Position numbers and translations under genes: made by a program. Below are positions 54,321 through 64,000 of a DNA stretch of 64,000 nt, in pieces (position 1 is the stretch's first letter; each line of letters opens with the position of its first letter). This DNA is from Eledone cirrhosa (lineage: Eukaryota). The stretch spans positions 135,656,001-135,720,000 of the forward strand of contig OZ024744.1 in assembly GCA_964016885.1 (NCBI GenBank). The letters are read 5' to 3'. The notes beneath the pieces were generated by a model. That model was not told the DNA's origin. It did no database searches and saw only the letters and a program-made list of their open reading frames with translations.

Positions 54321-54995
54321 ATGTAGATAAATCTACCAAGAGTTTACGGTAGTGTCCAATCCGTATGAAGAACTCAATGTAATCCGGATATCATGGAAAG
54401 AAGAGATGCAATGAAAAATCACTTTCGGTGAAAGATAAACGGAATACAGAGTCAAGATAAAATATTAAAAAAATAATGAATAAAACAATGAAACAGTTCC
54501 TTATATTAAACAAAAAAAGTTCATTATTTGTCTGACTGTGTGTATTAATTTATTTATTTATTTATTTATCTTATTTCTTTATTTTTTTATATATATGTAT
54601 ATATATATATGTATATATATATGTATATATATATATGTGTATATGTGTGTATATATATATATATGTATATATGTGTGTATGTGTGTGTATATATATGTAT
54701 GTGTGTATGTATTGTATGTATGTGTGTTTGTGTGTGTACGTGTGTATATATTTATATATGTATGTGTATCTCTATTTATATATGTATATATGTGTATGTA
54801 TATCCCTTTATCTATGTATGTCTGAGTTGTGTGAGCGTGTGGTGGTGTTTGTATGTATATACGCATACATGGATGTGTATGTATGTGTATATATGCGTAT
54901 ATGTATGTGTGTATGTGTGTGTGAGTATATATGTATGTCTATGTATGAGTATGTATGTGTGTGTATGTATGTGTGTATATATATATGTATGTGTG

Positions 54996-55046
<51 letters not shown>

Positions 55047-55124
55047 TATATGTGTGAGTGTGTGTATATATATCTTTATATATGTGTATGTGTATGTGTG
55101 TGTATGTGAGTGTGTATATATATA

Positions 55125-55223
<99 letters not shown>

Positions 55224-55288
55224 GTGGGTATGTATGTGTATGTGTGTATATACATGAGTGTGTTTATATATGTGTGTAGATATGTGTG

Positions 55289-55347
<59 letters not shown>

Positions 55348-55631
55348 GTGTGTTGTGAATGTATATATATATGTATGCGTGTATGTGTATATATATATAT
55401 ATGTGTGTATATGTGTATATGTCTATGTATTTATATGTGTATATGTATGTGTCTCTATATGTATGCGTGTGTGTATGTGTATGTGTATTTATATGGTGTG
55501 TGTATGTATATGTATGTGTATGTATGTGTTTGTGTATATGTGTATGTATATGTATGTATGTGTGTATATATATATATATATATGTATATGTATGTATATC
55601 GATGTATATTTTATATTTTACTTGTTTATAT

Positions 55632-55671
<40 letters not shown>

Positions 55672-56510
55672 GTATGTGTATATATATATATATATTTTCT
55701 TGATATATTTCTTTTTTCTTTTTCTTTTCTTTTTATTTCTAAGTTTATAGATACATTTATAAATAGGCAGTCTGCTGACACCGGTGAATACTGACCTCTC
55801 CCCCCCCCCACCTACTTTCTGTATCTGGATCTAAATATGTGTGGCAGTGTTTATGTGCGCGCATTAATGTCCATATGCTTATGATAATAGTATATACACA
55901 TATATATGTGTGTGGGGTTGTATGTGTGTATGTATGTTCGTGGTTGTGTGTATGTTTATGCGTATACGCGCGTGTGTGTGTGAATGTACGTATATGTGTG
56001 AGTATATGAATGTGTGTGTATATTTATTTTATATTTATATGTGTATACGTATTTTATCTGTAGATTATAAACATACAGAGACATTAGCCTTGAATTTTTG
56101 TATTTACATACATCTTTTTGGCATGCGTATGCATGTGAACATATATCTTTATGCATATCTGTGAACGAAGTTACTTACATATATATACACACACCTAACT
56201 GTATAAACTTTTTGTATTTTCATTGGTCAATTTGAACTCTGTTCCCAAAAAGACCTGTAATTTTGAATTGTTGTTATTATCAATAAATATATTTCATTAT
56301 TTCTGAAGACGGCATATATATGTGTTTGGTATGTATATTTAATTTTGATAGTTTGTATAATTTTGTATAATTTTGTACATAGATCTGTTGAATATGCATG
56401 CCAATTCTAACACATATATATCCTAGAAACGATCGTTAAATAATGTACTTTTTTTGTTTAATATAAGGAACTGTTTCATTGTTTTATTCATTATTTTTTT
56501 AATATTTTAT
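54321..56510 (+). mobile_element. Second copy of the PLE family A 3' region with an inverted terminal piece (54321-54529); hammerhead at 56293-56447
   Basis: 54530-56510 is the reverse complement of ~42430-44408, and 54321-54529 matches 42292-42500. Confidence 0.85.
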
Positions 56511-56596
56511 ATATATATATATATTTAAATATATATATACATATATATATATTAAGAGAGTAAAACAAAGAATCCTTTAATACATCAAAAGTTTTT

Positions 56597-56642
56597 ATTA
56601 GCTGACAATGTTTCGTCCTATTAAGGACTCATCAGGGCAATC
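56597..56642 (-). ncRNA. Canonical minimal type I hammerhead
   Basis: ATTGCC-CTGATGA-GTCCT-TAAT-AGGAC-GAAAC-ATT-GTC^AGCTAAT; in a ~115-bp island between TA tracts. Confidence 0.8.
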
Positions 56643-56849
56643 AAAACAACAAGAGGTAATATCGGCAGATATATATATATATAAATACATATATATATAT
56701 ATATAAATATATATACATATATATATATATATAAATATTGTTATACTTGGGGAGGGTCATATTTGTGTAATATTGCCAGAATTATATATTTATATATAAA
56801 TATATATTTATATATAAATACATATATATATATATATATAAATATATGC

Positions 56850-58012
56850 AAAAGTTTTATTTAAAATTGTTGGGATACAACAAGTAAATATTTTATATCA
56901 GATATAAAGCACTCGACAAGTTTTTGGAGTAGATATACGATATTAAATAAATGGAAATTATATTTATAAAACCATATTTATTACATTATACATATTTCAG
57001 GGATACCAAATTAAAATATGGCATGCCTTCGTCAGATAAAATACAATATATAAATAGTTTTATAAATAATTTTGACGTACTCTATTATAAGCGACCATTA
57101 TTTTTGGAAGCTGTCTGGATAGTGAGATGTTTATAATTATTTTATTAGTTATAGTGTTAAGCACAGTGAGAATAAAGATGGAGAGAAAGAAAAAAACGGA
57201 GAGAAAGAAAAAACGGAGAGAGAGAAGGAGAGAGAAAAAGAAGGAAGATATATATAAATAGATAGGAGGAAATGAAAAAGAAAAAAGAAAGAAATAAGAA
57301 AGGCAAAAGAAAGCAACAGAGAGATAATAATTCATCATACAGATAGAGAGACTCAAGAGAGAGGAAGTACTATATAGAGAGAAGAGGATACAGTGACAAC
57401 TTTACGTCATGTCATATTAAGTTGAATTAAACAATTCATATGAAATGAATAATAAAAATGCAATTATCAATATTCATGAATGAGACAGATATATAGAATG
57501 AGAAAATAACATTGTTCAATAATGACCATATGTTTAGTTTAAAACTCTGAGGTCAATATACAATGTTATTTTCTCATACTATATATCTATGTCTCATGAA
57601 TATTGATATTTGCATTTTTATTATTCATTTCATATGAATTGTTAATTCAACTTAATATGACATGACGTAAAGTTGTCACTGTATCCTCTTCTATCTATAT
57701 AGTACTTCCTCTCTCTTGAGTTTCTCTATCTGTATGATGAATTATTATCTCTCTGTTGCTTTCTTTTGCCTTTCTTATTTCTTTCTTTTTTCTTTTTCAT
57801 TTCCTCCTATCTATTTATATATATCTTCCTTCTTTCTCTCTCTCCTTATAATGGTCGCTTATAATTGGGTACGTCAAAATTATTTATAAAAATGTTTATA
57901 TATTGTATTTTATCTGACGAAGGCATGCCATATTTTAATTTGGTATCCCTGAAATATGTATAATGAAATAAATATGGTTTTATAAATATAGTTTCCATTT
58001 ATTTAATATCGT

Positions 58013-58015
<3 letters not shown>
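56850..58015. mobile_element. Fold-back PLE family B-related terminal fragment; hammerheads at 56973-57050 (-) and 57899-57976 (+)
   Basis: ~56935-57500 is inverted against ~57580-58015 with a deletion. Hammerhead TATTTTAT-CTGACGA-AGGCATGCCA...TGGTATCCCT-GAAA-TATGTATA^ATGAAATA. Confidence 0.82.
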
Positions 58016-59968
<1,953 letters not shown>

Positions 59969-59969
59969 A

Positions 59970-60647
59970 GAAATTTTAGTAAGCAAGTTAATTTTTATAA
60001 TTTTCCTATTTTACGTCTTTCATATTATTGTTCTGCATCCCTATGCATTGAACCACAAAGTTACTACTGGCATAAGTATGCATCTGTGTATATATATGTT
60101 AGTAGATATACTAATTCTTTATAATTATCTCCAAATTATTTTGTTGAGCCAAAATTGGCCAAAACTGCTACTATACTTCATATTAATGGTTCGGCTGCTG
60201 TCTTCTTAACAAACCACTCCTCACTGATTAACCTCGATGTCACGTGATTGATTCTTTTGAATTTGCCACCGACGCAGTAGGCAGTGATTTTTTCAATGTC
60301 TTGGAACTTAGTCCATGCTTTGCTTTTTTCCATCCACTGAATTATTTTTGTATAAGTTCCCTGCGTCCACACATCGCCTGGAAACTTAGCTGAGAATATA
60401 CTTCCCTGATGAGGGAAGGCTTCTCCGTAGGTTTCTTCGGAAACTATGTTTTTCCCTTTCAGAAACTAATTAGTTGGAGTGAAATTTTAGTAAGTAAGTT
60501 AATTTTTATAATTTTCTTATTTTACGTCTTTCATATTATTGTTCTGCATCCCCATGCATTGAACCACAAAGTTACTAAGACAAAACCTACATATTTACTG
60601 GCATAAGTATGCATCTGTGTATATATATGTTAGTAGATATACTAATT

Positions 60648-60653
<6 letters not shown>
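59970..60653 (+). mobile_element. 511-bp unit plus partial direct repeat with a hammerhead-like motif at the junction (retrozyme or PLE pseudo-LTR-like)
   Basis: 59970-60123 is repeated at 60481-60653 with a 20-bp indel. CTGATGA at 60406 and GAAAC-TAATTA-GTT^GGAGT at 60462-60480. Confidence 0.6.
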
Positions 60654-60740
<87 letters not shown>

Positions 60741-60767
60741 CATAGATATACATATATATATATATAC

Positions 60768-61562
60768 AGGGAGAAGCCTTCTGCTGGCTGCAAAAGGCTT
60801 CTCCCTCAGAATGAAAGGCAGACTGTATTATGCGTGTATCCGAACAGCGATGTTGCATGGTAGTGAGACCTGGGCGCTGAAGGTGGAAGACTTACGTAGA
60901 TTAGAGAGAAACGAAGCCTGCATGCTCCGATGGATGTATAACAGTAATATACGTGAACAACAAAGCATAAATGAATTGAGAGAGAGACTGAGCATAAGAG
61001 GAATCAAATGCTGTGTGCAGGAGAGGCGGTTGCGCTGGTATGGACATGTGATGCGTATGAAGGATGACAGCTGCATAAAAAGGTGCAGAGCACTAGAAGT
61101 TGATGGAAACCGCAGAGTGGGGAGACCCAAGATGACCTGGGATGAGGTGATAAAAGCCGAACTTACCCAATTACACCTCTCAAAGATTATGACACACGAC
61201 CGTGACTTCTGGCGTCACGCAGTAATACAGAGTACCCGACCTCCCATGGGTACATGCTGAAGCATATAAACAATATGCCCCCACACCCCCCACCGCAAGG
61301 TGGTCGTGGAGGTGCCACGGCAAAAAAGCACCCAGCCCACACTGTAAAGTGGACGTGTAGGCGCCACGAAAAAGCACCCAGCACTCACTGTAAATGAGGT
61401 GGGTGTTAGGAAGGGCATCCAGCTGTAGAAATCAAGCCAGATCAGTTCCTGTGTGAACAAGGCATGGTCAGCCGACCAGACACTGCACACAACAGGACAA
61501 CCTGTCTAACCCATGCTAGCGTGGAAGAATGGACGTAAAACGGTGATGATGATGATGATGAT
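60768..61562 (+). mobile_element. 5'-truncated RTE (family of 50599-54130) with a short 5' inversion
   Basis: [20 protein letters not shown]...RRLRWYGHV and an (ATG)n tail; begins GGGAGAAGCCTT...AAGGCTTCTCCC. Confidence 0.92.
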
Positions 61563-61700
61563 ACATATATATATATATACATATATATACATATATATAC
61601 ATATATATATATATACATATACATATATACACACATATATATATATACATATATATATATATACATATATATATATACATATATACACACATATATATAT

Positions 61701-61747
<47 letters not shown>

Positions 61748-61837
61748 GGAGGTGAGTTTTATTGTAGTACAATAAAGCAATGCAGATATCGGATAAGAAG
61801 CACTCTACAGTTTGTAGGACTGGAGTATACATAATAT

Positions 61838-63908
61838 ACTAGACATGAAAAATGCGCAAGCTCAAAAGTGCCACAGAATGTTATAATAAACCTTCAAAAG
61901 TGTGGGACTAGAGTTGTTGCTAAAAAATATTGTAATCATTATATATCGTACATTCTGTGGCATCCTTTATAAAAATAGCTTAAACCAACGAAGCCTTTAT
62001 TTTTACGCTATTTCACTTAGTTAATTCTTAGAGTGTAACATATAAAAATATGATTTACAACTATAAAATAAATTAATTAATATAATAACAGAGCTGCGGA
62101 GCTGAAATTTAGGAAATAATGGAGTATCGGATCCTGAGTTGGAGCCAGTCAATTTTTGGCCGACTCCGCAGCCCTGTATAATACATTTCATATTAAAGTT
62201 ATTAATAAACCTATTTTACACTTCATGCAAATTACCACGAGATATTGATATTAGATATAAGATACAGCGCAATATCTACAGCTGTAAAAGTACGAAAGCG
62301 AAGTAATAATAAGTGGCTTAAGGTAATTCCAATATGAAAGTTTGTAGTGATAAAAATTTGATAATGCAATACGATTGTTAATATTATAGTTCTATGAAAA
62401 TGTAACAATAGATAACTAAATTATTTTACTATTAGTATATTTAAGAAATTATCATTATAGATTTGATCGTTCATATAAGCATCATATTAAGTTTCAACAC
62501 AATTATTTTGTTACTATGAGTATATGATAATAATATTACGTAATTATTTATAGCTGTTATTACATTAAACATAGATGTATTTATTTTTATATGTTACACT
62601 CTAAGAATTAACTAAGTGAAATAGCGTAAAAATAAAGGCTTCGTTGGTTTAAGCTATTTTTATAAAGGATGCCACAGAATGTACGATATATAATGATTAC
62701 AATATTTTTTAGCAACAACTCTAGTCCCACACTTTTGAAGGTTTATTATAACATTCTGTGGCACTTTTGAGCTTGCGCATTTTTCATGTCTAGTTTAATA
62801 TTTGTTTAAGGCAACGCTTGTAATAACTCTAGTTAAACAGGATATATATTAATAATAAATTATCGTTGTAATGTAATTAGATTATGTAATTGTTATTATA
62901 AATTATCTTATAAATATTAGTGTAAGATGTATAAAAATATTTTCAGACTTTTAATATAAACAACTACAAAAAACAATCAATATTAAATCAATATATTATA
63001 CATAATAGAAAACATAAAATATACAATACAAAAACAAAATATTTACATACAATTGCAATTATCAGTGTATATACATTTTCTTTATATTCCCTGAGCAAAT
63101 TAATAAGATTTGTTTTTATTGTACATAATTTGATGACTTGTTGGAGTGTATTAAAAGATAGCAACAATTTGTGATTAAATTGTTATCTTAAGCAACTCAC
63201 TTTTTAATAGTTGTTGGCTGAGCGAAATTGTAAAAGCCTATGAGCAAATATAAAAAAAAATACACAAACAACATTTCCTTGTGTTATTACAACATTAGAT
63301 AAAATAATTGAGCAATGTCGTTATATTTTGCTGTTATTGCACATTAATAGTGTTTCTATTTTTCGGCACAAATCCATTACGGCAGTCCATTACTGGTACT
63401 TTATTTTATCGAATTAGTAAGTATGAAAGTCGAAGTTAACCTCGGCAGGATTTGAACTTAGAATGCAAAGGACCATAACAATACTGCAAAGCATGGTGTC
63501 TGACGCTCTACCAATACTTGTGTTGAGCTGGTCATTAATTTATGGTGGTCGTGCGTGGAGTAGAGCAATCGCTAGTTGAAATATTATGAACAAAACATTT
63601 TTATTTGCCGAAGAACATATTTTCAATACTGTTTGTGAATGTGACGAAAGAAATACATTCTGATATGGAACAGTGTACAAAGTGTGTCTGTGAATAACAT
63701 AATGTTACCTCATGTTGTTGTCAAGACATAATGGATTTCGTATATCCAGTTAGAAGATGAAACCTAGCCATCTCGGATTAGTTATATTTCATGCCATGTG
63801 TAAACGTGTTTGAGGATAGCAAAATATGCGCGTTAATTATAATAATTAGTTAATAATATTACAAAATATACCTAATTAAACTCTTTGCTTGAAATTTTAT
63901 CATTCTTC

Positions 63909-63973
<65 letters not shown>

Positions 63974-64000
63974 GAGAGAGATTTATCTAGTCCTTCGCTC
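61838..64000. repeat. Second copy of 36543-38720, running off the window end
   Basis: Near-identical sequence; mainly the TA/GA tract lengths differ. Confidence 0.93.

Noticed and set aside
60178-60372. 64-aa minus-strand ORF MWTQGTYTK...
   Set aside because: No recognisable motif or VPS15 similarity; it lies antisense within the hammerhead-bounded repeat unit.

Overview
Repeat-dense, AT-rich animal DNA, most likely from an octopus or related cephalopod (inferred from the SINE, RTE and microsatellite content). The only host gene is PIK3R4/VPS15 on the minus strand. Five phase-compatible HEAT-region exons lie at 35441-35504, 31257-31404, 26648-26694, 20406-20507 and 14597-14731, and both flanking introns run off the window. 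The rest is intronic repeat: a >13 kb 48-bp satellite with higher-order structure, several minisatellites, a near full-length CR1 LINE, RTE LINEs with partner tRNA-SINEs, Helitrons, MITEs, a CRE-type fragment, and a (TA)n-rich nest (40-62 kb) of Naiad-type Penelope-like elements (PLEs). Most computed ORFs are artefacts of simple repeats. Main observations: (1) a fold-back PLE fragment at about 44745-45031 has about 30 T>C changes (A>G on the minus strand) confined to its two pairing arms, which looks like ADAR hyper-editing fixed in DNA by reverse transcription; (2) several distinct type I hammerhead ribozymes, two with very long stem II, where insertion junctions fall at or near the predicted cleavage site; (3) inverted RTE copies bracket a 47-nt frameshifting VPS15 exon; (4) several satellites appear to have grown out of transposon parts. 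All alignments, counts and folds were done by eye.
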